Virus record (IMG/VR): IMGVR_UViG_3300031963_012969
Source of the DNA: a virus
Length of the DNA: 64,000 nt
Reading direction: 5' to 3' (one strand)
Below are positions 47,427 to 57,023 of this stretch, piece by piece. The notes below the pieces were generated by a model. That model saw only the letters and a list, made by a program, of their open reading frames with translations. It was not told where the DNA came from and did not search any database. The position numbers and the translations under genes are program-made. Numbering within the stretch: the first letter of the stretch is position 1; each line of letters starts with the position of its first letter.

Positions 47427-49085
47427 TTAAGCAGCCTGTGGTGGAACTGGAGCTTGGGCCTCAGGTTCAGCTGGGGCGGATTGAGCTTCTTCGCCTCCAC
47501 CAGATAATCCTAACTCTTGTAACACCTGCATAGCTTCTTCTTCGCTAATTTGTCCAGATTGAAGAAGTGCTTCAAGAGCTTGAAGAATTTGCTGAACTTC
47601 AGGTGGAACATTAGCTATTTTTTGCTCTCTCTCTTGAGCCACCTTGCTCAAAATGGCGTTCTGAATATTTTCCTGTTCCATTGCCGACTTGATCAATTTA
47701 GCGTCTTCAATGGCTGCCTGATTAAGGTAATCAGTGATTTCAGAATCTGTTTTTCCAGCTTCTTTCAATTCAGCAACTTTATCGCAAACCATTTTATCAA
47801 TAGCTTGATTTAATTCATCTTGCTGTTGCGCTGTCTTAAAATATTCTTGTATTTCTTGAGTTGAATAACCAAGTTCAACAAGCGCAGCAAGTTTTCTATT
47901 TGCTTCATCAGCTGCTATATTTTGAGCTGTTTCTCCGTTAATAATTTGAGCGTCATTTTCAGCAGCTTGCTTAACAAGTTCTGTTATTTCTTCATCCGTT
48001 TTACCTTCGGAAACCCACTCAGCAACCTTGCTATTGATATTGGACTCAATCTCTTTGATCTCTTGTTCAGAAAAGATAGAAGCTGTCTTAGGTTCCTCTT
48101 CAGATTCCTCTTGTTCTGTAGCCTCCTCTTGTTCTGGAGCTTCTCCTTCTGGAGACTGACCGCCTTCAGTTGCGGCCTGAAGTTGCATCAAAACTTGTTG
48201 TGCTTGTTCCTCGGAGATTTGACCTTCTTGAACTAATTCCTGTAAGGCTTGCAAAATGAGCTCTATTTCAGATCCTTCTTCTCCAGCTTGTGGAGCAGCC
48301 TCTTCTGGGGCAGCAGCTGCAGCTTCTTCAGCCATTTTGTCTTCAAGTGTCTTAAACAAGAATTTTCCTAATTCATACCCAACAGAAACATTTCTGTAAT
48401 GTGTCGCAATTTTTTCGGCTAATGCGTCTTCATCTATTTCAATTGCACTAGGCTCTTTAACATCTTCACTCGCAACCTTAGATTCATCCTTTTTTCTGAG
48501 GGCTTCCAGGTCTTTAGAGTCAATCTTGTTATTAGAATTTACGTCAATTTTTTTTTGAGCTTCTGTCAATTTTTTTTCAGTAGCCTCTTTATCTTCTTTC
48601 TTGCCTTCTTCCTTTTCTTCTTCCTTGTCTTCTTCAGTAGAATCACCTTCATCTTCGGATGACTCTTCTTTTTTTTCCTCAATTACTTTTTTTAATTGCT
48701 CTGGCATTTCAGCTTGTTTCTCAAGCTCCTCTGTGGCGAGCTTGATATTGCCTAAAAGTTTGTTGACAAGATCAGCGGCAGATCCTTCTTCGGCTATTTT
48801 GCTAGAAGGTGAGCATTCTTTTCTGGAACGCTCTTCTGTAGATGGTTCTTTTGTTCCTGGAGCCTTCTCCGTAGCTTCGACACCCATGGTCAAACCCTTA
48901 TCTGAGTTCGAACCGGTTGCTTTTCCAGATCCTGGTAAAACCTGGTTAACCTCGGAATCGCTAGTGCCTTTAGATACGGACGTTTCATTATTTCCTTGCG
49001 ACTCTTCAGCTGTTTTAGATTCACCTATAAACCTGCGAAAGTCTTCAAGGACTGTATTAAATTTGGGAGCTTTTCTTTTACTCAT
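47427..49085 (-). CDS. Prohead scaffold/core protein
   Basis: 552 aa, very acidic and helical, between protease and capsid genes; at least 16 K-x-A motifs; EF-hand-like DVNSNNKIDSKD. Confidence 0.7.
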   Translation of the reverse strand: MSKRKAPKFNTVLEDFRRFIGESKTAEESQGNNETSVSKGTSDSEVNQVLPGSGKATGSNSDKGLTMGVEATEKAPGTKEPSTEERSRKECSPSSKIAEEGSAADLVNKLLGNIKLATEELEKQAEMPEQLKKVIEEKKEESSEDEGDSTEEDKEEEKEEGKKEDKEATEKKLTEAQKKIDVNSNNKIDSKDLEALRKKDESKVASEDVKEPSAIEIDEDALAEKIATHYRNVSVGYELGKFLFKTLEDKMAEEAAAAAPEEAAPQAGEEGSEIELILQALQELVQEGQISEEQAQQVLMQLQAATEGGQSPEGEAPEQEEATEQEESEEEPKTASIFSEQEIKEIESNINSKVAEWVSEGKTDEEITELVKQAAENDAQIINGETAQNIAADEANRKLAALVELGYSTQEIQEYFKTAQQQDELNQAIDKMVCDKVAELKEAGKTDSEITDYLNQAAIEDAKLIKSAMEQENIQNAILSKVAQEREQKIANVPPEVQQILQALEALLQSGQISEEEAMQVLQELGLSGGGEEAQSAPAEPEAQAPVPPQAA

Positions 49086-49145
49086 AATTTTTATATTTTT
49101 TGATTTTATTTTGTATTTAGTTTTGTGTCCACTCTTTTTTGAAGG

Positions 49146-50474
49146 TTAATTCAACATGAAAGCATTGAATATTACATCATCATTAGCGGATATATCGTTT
49201 AAAGCAGCAACCTTGTAGGCTAGGTATTGTCTTACCATAGCACGAGACTCTGGCTTTATAGAAGTTTTTTTATCATTTAACTCCTCGTTGTAAAGAACTG
49301 CTTTTTTTATTTTTTCGTCCTGAACATCGGGAGACAAGATAAATTTGTTTATTTCGTTTTTTGTGTTTTGGGTAATGGAAGTATTCCCATTACAAGATGA
49401 ATCAAAATCATGAATAGATGCAATTTTTTCTAGATTAGAAGCCTCTTTCAACTCCAATCTTACACACTCACTTATCACATCCTCTGTTTCGTCTATTAAA
49501 TTTTTGAAATCATTAAATCTGGATCCAGAAGCAAGTTTATAAAAAACCCTAAACGGAAGTATAGATGCATTTTTAGATAAACAGCTAAACATATCTTTTG
49601 GGTTCTTTTTCTGTAGCTCCCTTATTGCAGACTCAGATAGATCTGTTTTATCTAAAACATTTTTAGGGGCATTAATGCCGACTGCATCAATATATTTTTG
49701 TATCTTAGATAGCTTTTCGGCTATAGCTAACTTCGGGGTAGATAGAATTCTGTTTTCTATTAATTCCGCTAATTCAGCCCCGCCCATTGGCTCACTTGTG
49801 TCAATACCAGCAATTTTAGCTAAATCCATAGCGATCATGTCTGCTCCGCGATCAACAAATGATATATCATTCCAATACCCATCTCTATTATATACAAAAC
49901 ATTTTCTTCCATCTGGCAATATCTTGTTTCTTCCAAATGGGTGAGGTGCCGCTTTTTTAACGTGAACACAGTATTCAGATGGCGCTTTACTTACATTTCC
50001 GCATATAGAACAAACATCATTATCACAATGCCACCCCATAGAAAACTTAACGTCTCCACCTCTTTCAACTCTACCAAGCCAATCAGCACACTTATCTATA
50101 TTAGCTGCAATAGCTAATTCTACTCTTCCCATTTTTTCGTTATAAGCAGATTTAATTACGTCTCCATCTCTCTGCTCATGTGGGACTTTACTATTATGAT
50201 GCCTGTATAATTTAGCTTTCTTCACGAAAGTTGGATGAGATTTTTTACAAACCTCCTCCTCAAAAGCATCAAAGTTTAAATTACTTCCAGTCTTCTCAAA
50301 TGACCCTAAAGCAATTAGATGAATTATAGCGTGATTTTTAATTGGCTCTATGTCTCCCCAGCTATGTCTAACAGACGAAGCTATCTTATCTCTCCTTTGT
50401 GGATCGTCAATTATTTGAACCAGATATTCTGCATCTGGATATTCGAATGAGTCGTTGAAAATTAATTTTCTCAT
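49146..50474 (-). CDS. Prohead maturation protease with Zn-finger insertion
   Basis: LYRHHN (His), FSMG (Ser), CSICG...CVH, DISFV...AD; position upstream of scaffold and capsid genes. Confidence 0.75.
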   Translation of the reverse strand: MRKLIFNDSFEYPDAEYLVQIIDDPQRRDKIASSVRHSWGDIEPIKNHAIIHLIALGSFEKTGSNLNFDAFEEEVCKKSHPTFVKKAKLYRHHNSKVPHEQRDGDVIKSAYNEKMGRVELAIAANIDKCADWLGRVERGGDVKFSMGWHCDNDVCSICGNVSKAPSEYCVHVKKAAPHPFGRNKILPDGRKCFVYNRDGYWNDISFVDRGADMIAMDLAKIAGIDTSEPMGGAELAELIENRILSTPKLAIAEKLSKIQKYIDAVGINAPKNVLDKTDLSESAIRELQKKNPKDMFSCLSKNASILPFRVFYKLASGSRFNDFKNLIDETEDVISECVRLELKEASNLEKIASIHDFDSSCNGNTSITQNTKNEINKFILSPDVQDEKIKKAVLYNEELNDKKTSIKPESRAMVRQYLAYKVAALNDISANDDVIFNAFMLN

Positions 50475-51422
50475 TTATTGAAATGCTGGTTGGTCAAAAA
50501 ATTTATCCCCTAAATACAATTCATTTAAAGCCGGTAGTGCAGCGGCTCCAGCGATAGGAAGCAAACCCTTTCTTGATAGTGCACTCCGCAAAATCGAAAG
50601 AGTTGTTTTACTCAATGGACGTAAAATACTTGACTTTAGTCCACCCTTAAGTGCTTCACTAGCTGTAATTTTAACTCCACTAGCACGAGCCATTTCTTTG
50701 TACATTTTTTCCTTAATCGCTTTTGTATCTATTGAATTTATTAATTTATCTATTTTTTCTCCGCCAAAATACGGGTGAGCGCCAACGGCTTTAATAAATT
50801 CATCTCCCCCATCTTTCCTGACGTTTTCCGGTAGTGCCGCCAAATTGTTTTTTGTTAAATAATTGTTTAAAAATCCACCGCCTGCAGCTCCACCAGTTGC
50901 TAATATTGTAGTGGGATTTATTATATCCTTTGCTTTATCTTTTAGAGTTTTTTTTTGCTCGCCTCCCCCAGACACAAGGTTTTGTGTTACGCCGCCCAAG
51001 GTATTTAATATAGATGGAACAGATGCTCCAATAGCACCACCAGCAACCAATCCGCTAAGTGTTGAATTTCTTTTTCTTCTATTGAAATCTTCGTCTGTTT
51101 CGAATTCCCCCTTTGATGAAGAAAGATTTCCAAATAAACCACCCAATGCTGCTCCACCTAATCCACTCGCTATATTTGCACCACCTGGAGTGTCTTTGAT
51201 TTTATCTTTAGCGGAATTTAATCCACTCAATAAAATATTCTTTATTGAGTCTAGTTTGCCGGTTTGGGGGGATCCAGCCGAATTGTCGGCTCTTTTTTGT
51301 CTTAAGCAGGTTAAAGCAAATTCACCCATTTCGGAGTCAAATTTTTGCATAGCTAATCCAATTTCATCACTGGCTAGTTTTTCATGCACTTTTGTCAAAA
51401 CGTTTTCTAAGGTCATATACAT
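50475..51422 (-). CDS. Putative internal head protein with glycine zippers
   Basis: Leader ending EKLA; GLGGAALGGLFG, GLVAGGAIGA, TGGAAGGG. Confidence 0.6.
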   Translation of the reverse strand: MYMTLENVLTKVHEKLASDEIGLAMQKFDSEMGEFALTCLRQKRADNSAGSPQTGKLDSIKNILLSGLNSAKDKIKDTPGGANIASGLGGAALGGLFGNLSSSKGEFETDEDFNRRKRNSTLSGLVAGGAIGASVPSILNTLGGVTQNLVSGGGEQKKTLKDKAKDIINPTTILATGGAAGGGFLNNYLTKNNLAALPENVRKDGGDEFIKAVGAHPYFGGEKIDKLINSIDTKAIKEKMYKEMARASGVKITASEALKGGLKSSILRPLSKTTLSILRSALSRKGLLPIAGAAALPALNELYLGDKFFDQPAFQ

Positions 51423-51438
51423 TTTGTAAAATTGTTAA

Positions 51439-51819
51439 TTAAATATTGGTTATAGATTCACTTGTATATGAATCTTGTTGAGATCTAAGCACAGACATTG
51501 CATTTTGTATTCTTGTAGTTATTGTCTCAGCTAAATAATTAGCTCTGGTCTGAGCATCAGAAAATGACCTTTTATCAAAAAAACACACAAAAGGCAAAAA
51601 CCCTCTTTTCACTTTTACAAATCTGTTTGGTAAAATCCAGTCAGCAGTTGGGCTAGGTGGCTGACCCTGTACAGTTTCCTCTCCATAAAGACCTCCAACA
51701 TTTATCTCGGGTTCACCAAATTTTTGAATTAGTTTATTGTCCTCCTCAGAAAAATCTTCATTTCTGATTTCTATAAAAAACTTTTGATCGGAAATATATT
51801 TTAATATTCTAGTCTTCAT
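51439..51819 (-). CDS. Hypothetical virion protein
   Basis: 126-aa ORF overlapping the upstream gene by 4 nt. Confidence 0.65.
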   Translation of the reverse strand: MKTRILKYISDQKFFIEIRNEDFSEEDNKLIQKFGEPEINVGGLYGEETVQGQPPSPTADWILPNRFVKVKRGFLPFVCFFDKRSFSDAQTRANYLAETITTRIQNAMSVLRSQQDSYTSESITNI

Positions 51820-53306
51820 TTTTGTGGAGTTTGACCTTGCCCAAGTTGTTTAGTTTTTAATAAATTGTTCTCTAATTCTACAAGTGAATTGGCAAAATGT
51901 GGATCAATTACTTGAGCTGTACCTTGTCTTAAGACAGACCTGGCTATATCCTTAATCATACTGGCATTAGGGGCTAACTGGATAAGTGCGTTGTAAGAGT
52001 TTTCTATTTCTGATGGATCTTGCTGAGATATAATATCGTCATTCATTAACTCCCTCAAGATAGCTTCTCTTTTTATGTTTTCTATCTCTTGTTTGTCTAT
52101 TTGGTATTTTTTAGGATTATCTATTCCCCTTAATTTTAAGGAGTACCCATTTGCCGCTGTATCAGCCATAGCAGAATCTGAGGACATTAGTTGAGATTTA
52201 AAGTTGTTAGACATTTGATCTAACACCATTTTGCCTGGACTAAATATTTGTGGATATTCTGTGGGTTTTTTCTTTGTTTCCTTTTTGTCGCTACTATGTT
52301 TAGTGCTATTATTAACTAAATCTGAAGCGCTTTTGTTTAACTTAACTTCATTTTTTTTTAAATCACCAAATATAATTTGGTCAAAGTCAGAAATCAAATC
52401 TTCTGGGAATTCGGCAAATTTTTGAGTTGCTGCAATATTCCCTCTGCCTGGACTCCACAAGTAATTAGATGCTGATGCCTCTTTATTTATCCCGCTTGCA
52501 TCGCAAATTAAGTTTCTCAATTCGGCTTCTTTTGCAGAACAATCTCTGACAAGACTATTAAATCCAGTCACACTGTTAGTGTACATGGACTCAGAATCAA
52601 CCAACCCAGAGAAACACCTTAAAAATTTATTGTCATCGTAATTTACATCACCGGATAAATTCTCAGATAAATCATCTATAGTTATTTTTGCAACCTTAGC
52701 TATCAAACCAAGTATTCTCCCAGCGGGTTTATTGTCTTGATACTCGTAAAAAATTTGAGCAGCATAATCGGCTACCTTCTCTCTCTCTTCGGTAAACTCA
52801 AGTATTTCTGAAGCTTCTTTCATGCCCTTGTAGAATGCCTCTCTGCTGTCTATGATTAAATCCCTCTTTTCACTTAAATCCCTGTTTTGTTCATTAATAG
52901 CAAAGAACGCTGTTTTGATTCTGGATTCTAGTGGGATGGACGAGGTGCTTGCAATATCAAACTCTTCTTCTGAAGCGGTCTTAGACACTTCTTCAGTAGC
53001 AAGAAAATCATTCAAGTCCTCTTTCATTTCTGAAACAACAGAATTAGGAGCAATTTGAGTTTCGTTGAAGACGCTATTTATTACTGTTTTTTTGTCTGCT
53101 ATGTCAAAGTCTGCTGACTTGTCTTTAGCTATTTTTACATAAGCTTTTGTCTTCGCAGTATTGAAAGCTTCAATTACCCTGCTAATAGTCTCTGGGTTAA
53201 GTTCATGCTCTCTAGCTACTTTTATAATACTATCATTAGCATTTATACCAGAATTATGGAGTTTAATAGCAGAGTTAAGTGCTTTTTCAATACGCTCGTA
53301 AATCAT
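51816..53306 (-). CDS. Hypothetical head-associated protein (K-x-A rich)
   Basis: 496 aa helical; KVA, KIA, KSA, KTA, KEA, KFA motifs. Confidence 0.6.
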   Translation of the reverse strand: MIYERIEKALNSAIKLHNSGINANDSIIKVAREHELNPETISRVIEAFNTAKTKAYVKIAKDKSADFDIADKKTVINSVFNETQIAPNSVVSEMKEDLNDFLATEEVSKTASEEEFDIASTSSIPLESRIKTAFFAINEQNRDLSEKRDLIIDSREAFYKGMKEASEILEFTEEREKVADYAAQIFYEYQDNKPAGRILGLIAKVAKITIDDLSENLSGDVNYDDNKFLRCFSGLVDSESMYTNSVTGFNSLVRDCSAKEAELRNLICDASGINKEASASNYLWSPGRGNIAATQKFAEFPEDLISDFDQIIFGDLKKNEVKLNKSASDLVNNSTKHSSDKKETKKKPTEYPQIFSPGKMVLDQMSNNFKSQLMSSDSAMADTAANGYSLKLRGIDNPKKYQIDKQEIENIKREAILRELMNDDIISQQDPSEIENSYNALIQLAPNASMIKDIARSVLRQGTAQVIDPHFANSLVELENNLLKTKQLGQGQTPQK

Positions 53307-53330
53307 AAGTGTTTATTATATTAAGATAAA

Positions 53331-54227
53331 TTATAATGGTTGTGGAGAAAAATATGTCAATTCTTTAATTTCTTTTTTGTCTACTCCTCTTGATTCTCTT
53401 TCTTTATCTCCAATTATTTTTCTAACTGGGTCATCGTAGCTAAGCGTCGATGACACCTCTGTTATGCTTTCCCAAAGTGCTTTTCTGAATAAATCTGAAT
53501 TTAAATTTTCGTCTCCTTGTTTTGTCTGCTCGGATAGACTTAATGCATTCGTATAGGATATGTGTCTATCGAAGTCACTTGGTCTAGCGTGATTTATTAA
53601 TCTGACTCCAAGTATATATTCACTTGCCTGAAGCTCCAAGCAATTCTTCATTGAACTTACGAGCTTAGATGCAATGCTATCATTTACGTTTATTCTTCTC
53701 TGTAAAATATATTTAGCTGTTTCCCATCCAAACGCATATGAAATACCCATCCAAATTGAGCTTGCTACTACATCCTGTGGAGTTTCTTTCCATCTGTCGT
53801 ACGGAGATATAATAGAATAAACAAAATTTTCGCTATCAAGGTACCTTGATACATCAAAAAATAATTTAAGGTAACAATCAATATTTTCTTCTTTTGTTTT
53901 AAACTCTGAAGATATTTCTTTAACTGTTTTTTTTCCAAGTAACATTGACTGTATTTGAGTTCCAAAACCCCTTGTGTGGTTACTTACAAAGCAGGAGTGA
54001 GCATATTTAACCTGTGGTAATCTACATGCCCCGTGAACTAGATACGAAAAATAGTCTATTACGTATTGGTCATCCTCATCTTCTGGGATAACAACAAAAT
54101 TTTCTTCTCCTCTAGTTAACAATTCTCTGTGAACTCTTCTATACTCAAAAGCTTGATTAGCCCTCCATGATGGAGAGTAATCTGGGTCATCACTAAAATC
54201 TCTTGAAAATCTTTTAATGTTACTCAT
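53331..54227 (-). CDS. Hypothetical protein, possible HTH
   Basis: 298 aa; KTVKEISSEFKTKEENIDCY resembles a helix-turn-helix. Confidence 0.6.
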   Translation of the reverse strand: MSNIKRFSRDFSDDPDYSPSWRANQAFEYRRVHRELLTRGEENFVVIPEDEDDQYVIDYFSYLVHGACRLPQVKYAHSCFVSNHTRGFGTQIQSMLLGKKTVKEISSEFKTKEENIDCYLKLFFDVSRYLDSENFVYSIISPYDRWKETPQDVVASSIWMGISYAFGWETAKYILQRRINVNDSIASKLVSSMKNCLELQASEYILGVRLINHARPSDFDRHISYTNALSLSEQTKQGDENLNSDLFRKALWESITEVSSTLSYDDPVRKIIGDKERESRGVDKKEIKELTYFSPQPL

Positions 54228-55276
54228 GAATTTGTCCAGTCGCCAAGAACCCTCTGAGGAATATTTGTATTGTCTTTGAGGTGTTGGAAGACCCTTAGTT
54301 TATCCTTAGACGATAGTCCAGATATTTCATTTACTAGGTCTTTTCCAATTATGTCACCAAAAAGGCTACTATCCATCATTGAATTCATTTGGCCACTTGG
54401 GCTATGTGAGTACATTAACGAGCCTGCTCCAGATAATCCCAGGCCAGCTGTTATATTGGGCGCTGAGTTGCCCACCATTTTTATCGCATTTCCACCCAGT
54501 CTAAGTAAGTTCGATGGGTTTAAAGAATTTTTACCAGGTTGAGGCTTGGTATATTTAAAAATGTTTTTGTTTCCAGTCAGAGTATTTAAAACTGGAGTTC
54601 TCTTAAGAAGGGTTATTGGCGCTCTCAAAAACTTTGAGGAAACGGCTCCAGCTCTATTAATTTTATTCGCGGCGTTAGTTAATTTTAAGGCTTTTGCCCC
54701 AGCTCCAGTGAATTTACTTAATAGCCGAATTCCCTTACCTGCAGTCCCCAGTGCGGGAATAAAAGACGAACCAGCTAGTAAAGCATTACCAACACCAGAA
54801 AGAAGCTTTCCCCCAGCTCCAGCAGAGTCTCCAGAATAAACTAAGTTTGCTGATGACGACAAATCTTTTACAGCGTCCACGGGTGGATCTAATACTATCT
54901 CTTTTGTTAATTGACCTAAAAACCCAGGAGTACTTTGACCTCCTGCAATTGATTGATCGTTTCCACTCTTCTTATAACTTTTTGACTCAACCATTTTTCC
55001 GAATCTAGATCCAACAGCCGTTCCAATAGAAGAAGAGATTAACGCCTTAATTAATATTTTTTGAACCTGCTTTTTGGAAGTAGGTAATATGCCCTTAGAC
55101 ATGAGCATACCTATTGGTGCCGTTATGCCGCCAGTACTGCCGTAAGCACCAAGTACATCTGCGCCCTGCCTCACAGACATTCCGCTTGGAGGCTCCATTC
55201 CACCATATATTGATCCACCAAATACTGGAATGAAAGACGCCGCGCTGGCTAAAAAATCTGATTTTTTATTTATCAA
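54224..55276 (-). CDS. Putative internal/ejected membrane-associated protein
   Basis: 350 aa Gly/Ala/Lys-rich with hydrophobic segments (ASFIPVFGG, SSFIPALG, AGLGLSGAG); TTG start. Confidence 0.6.
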   Translation of the reverse strand: MINKKSDFLASAASFIPVFGGSIYGGMEPPSGMSVRQGADVLGAYGSTGGITAPIGMLMSKGILPTSKKQVQKILIKALISSSIGTAVGSRFGKMVESKSYKKSGNDQSIAGGQSTPGFLGQLTKEIVLDPPVDAVKDLSSSANLVYSGDSAGAGGKLLSGVGNALLAGSSFIPALGTAGKGIRLLSKFTGAGAKALKLTNAANKINRAGAVSSKFLRAPITLLKRTPVLNTLTGNKNIFKYTKPQPGKNSLNPSNLLRLGGNAIKMVGNSAPNITAGLGLSGAGSLMYSHSPSGQMNSMMDSSLFGDIIGKDLVNEISGLSSKDKLRVFQHLKDNTNIPQRVLGDWTNS

Positions 55277-55281
55277 TTTTG

Positions 55282-56121
55282 TTACCTTGTTCTTTTATTT
55301 CTGTTTAAGAAATTTTGATAATCTTGAATGTATCTTTTGTCGGCGTATATTTGATTTGGAGTTACATTTGAATTCTCTTTGTATATTTGTCTAACTATGT
55401 CAGCCCTTCTTCTATCTGCAACAGATTTAGAATTGTAGCTTCCCATGACTTTAGACAAAAAGGCATCAGTTGGACCAGTAGATGTATTTACTCCAGCAGC
55501 AGATTGTTGATCTTTCCTGACTGGCTGCGCTCTTCTTACTTCAACCATTCCGTTTGTGGTATTCATTTTTGGGGACGTACCCACTGCTTTAGGTAAAAAG
55601 CCAGGTGCATCGTTTATAGCGGAATTTATATTTGCCTCGTTCTGAGTATTATATTGCTGTGTAGCATTTTCAACTAAAGAAGACCCTGAATTTCCTCCAA
55701 AAAATGAAACAGCGCCAGATGGAAGATTCTTATTTAAGCTACCCTTCATTGGAGACGCATCTGCAACCGGTAAATTATTTTTGAGGTAATTTCTTCTTTT
55801 TTCTAATCTTTTATTTTCGAGTCCCATTATAGCGCCTCTTGCAGCATCAGTGGGGCTTTCTTTACCGTACAGGTTGTACGCAAAATCTCTTGCTTTTCCA
55901 AGCATAGTATCCGTTCCAGTAAGTTGATCATAGAGTCCAACTCCACCAGCTCCAGTAACAGCTGCGCCGCCAATTCCAGCCATTAGCTTAGGGTTAGAGG
56001 AAATAGCCCCTCTTGCAGCGCTTATGGCCGGAGAAATAAATGGTTTAGCAGCACTAAATATAGATGCTGTTTTGGCTTCTTTAGTTAATGTATTTTTATA
56101 TGTTTCGGTATATTTATTCAT
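55282..56121 (-). CDS. Putative internal head (cargo) protein with MNKY leader
   Basis: MNKYTETYKNTLTKEAKTA; GIGGAAVTGAGGVG. Confidence 0.7.
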   Translation of the reverse strand: MNKYTETYKNTLTKEAKTASIFSAAKPFISPAISAARGAISSNPKLMAGIGGAAVTGAGGVGLYDQLTGTDTMLGKARDFAYNLYGKESPTDAARGAIMGLENKRLEKRRNYLKNNLPVADASPMKGSLNKNLPSGAVSFFGGNSGSSLVENATQQYNTQNEANINSAINDAPGFLPKAVGTSPKMNTTNGMVEVRRAQPVRKDQQSAAGVNTSTGPTDAFLSKVMGSYNSKSVADRRRADIVRQIYKENSNVTPNQIYADKRYIQDYQNFLNRNKRTR

Positions 56122-56123
56122 AG

Positions 56124-56462
56124 CTAATTTAATGATGCAGTGGTTAAACCACTTAATTCTTGTAATCTATCTCTTAGCAATCTTGCATAATCAGACTGAA
56201 GGGATCTAGTAAAAACTGTATCTTTTTTAACGCCGTCTTCTAGTATCATGTCCTTTAGACTATTTGCGGTTCCGGTAATCTTATCTATTGGCTTAGTCAG
56301 GTCAATCATTTTTCCATGTGTTCTAGAGAAAATAGATTTAGGAGTATTTTTTACGGCATTATATGCGGTTCCAATAAGTTTAAGTGCCATATCACCTCTA
56401 CCAGCCGTTTTATTAAGCTCTATGTCAAGCCTACTCAAATATGTATGTGTATCTTTGTTCAT
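56124..56462 (-). CDS. Putative internal head protein with MNK(Y/D) leader
   Basis: MNKDTHTYLSRLDIELNKTA. Confidence 0.65.
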   Translation of the reverse strand: MNKDTHTYLSRLDIELNKTAGRGDMALKLIGTAYNAVKNTPKSIFSRTHGKMIDLTKPIDKITGTANSLKDMILEDGVKKDTVFTRSLQSDYARLLRDRLQELSGLTTASLN

Positions 56463-57022
56463 CTATATTTAATGCTTCTTATGTTTATGTCACTCCATAA
56501 ATTATTTTGAGTTTCGTCTTGATTTTGTGGCTGATCTCCAAATGCCGAATCAATACCTGTATCAATAGCGTTATTGATAGCCAATCCAGGTGTTGCAACA
56601 CCAAATACGGTTCCAATATCTTTAGCAGATATATTCTTGATTCCTCCCCTTTCCTTCGCTATTGCAGTGGCTGTGTTCCATGGCTGAGTAAATGTATTAC
56701 TCATTATCGACATTGCCTTATTTTTAATTGGCTGATTTGATTCTAATATGCCCCTATACCCTCTTGCCATTGATCCAATGCCTCCTGTAATTCCGCTACT
56801 TAGATTGCCAACGCTTTTTATTGTTTTTTGCGTTAATGGCTTTGCTGCACTAACGCCTTTTTGAATTGCGCTAGAAACTATTGGCTTGGCTGTATTTAAT
56901 AAATTTTTTACACCAGCGGAAACAATTGGTTTTGCTGCAGAAAATGCGGCCCTGGCGGCTGGCACCACAAATGCATTTTTTTGATTTAATTCATTAAAAT
57001 AGATTTTTGAGTATTTATTCAT
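56459..57022 (-). CDS. Putative internal head protein with MNKY leader
   Basis: Start re-called to 57022 (MNKYSKIYFNELNQKNA), 1 nt after the upstream stop; three AKP(I/L) repeats. Confidence 0.7.
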   Translation of the reverse strand: MNKYSKIYFNELNQKNAFVVPAARAAFSAAKPIVSAGVKNLLNTAKPIVSSAIQKGVSAAKPLTQKTIKSVGNLSSGITGGIGSMARGYRGILESNQPIKNKAMSIMSNTFTQPWNTATAIAKERGGIKNISAKDIGTVFGVATPGLAINNAIDTGIDSAFGDQPQNQDETQNNLWSDINIRSIKYR

Positions 57023-57023
57023 A

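Noticed and set aside
53331-54227. Terminase small subunit assignment
   Set aside because: Only a weak HTH-like segment and no adjacent large terminase
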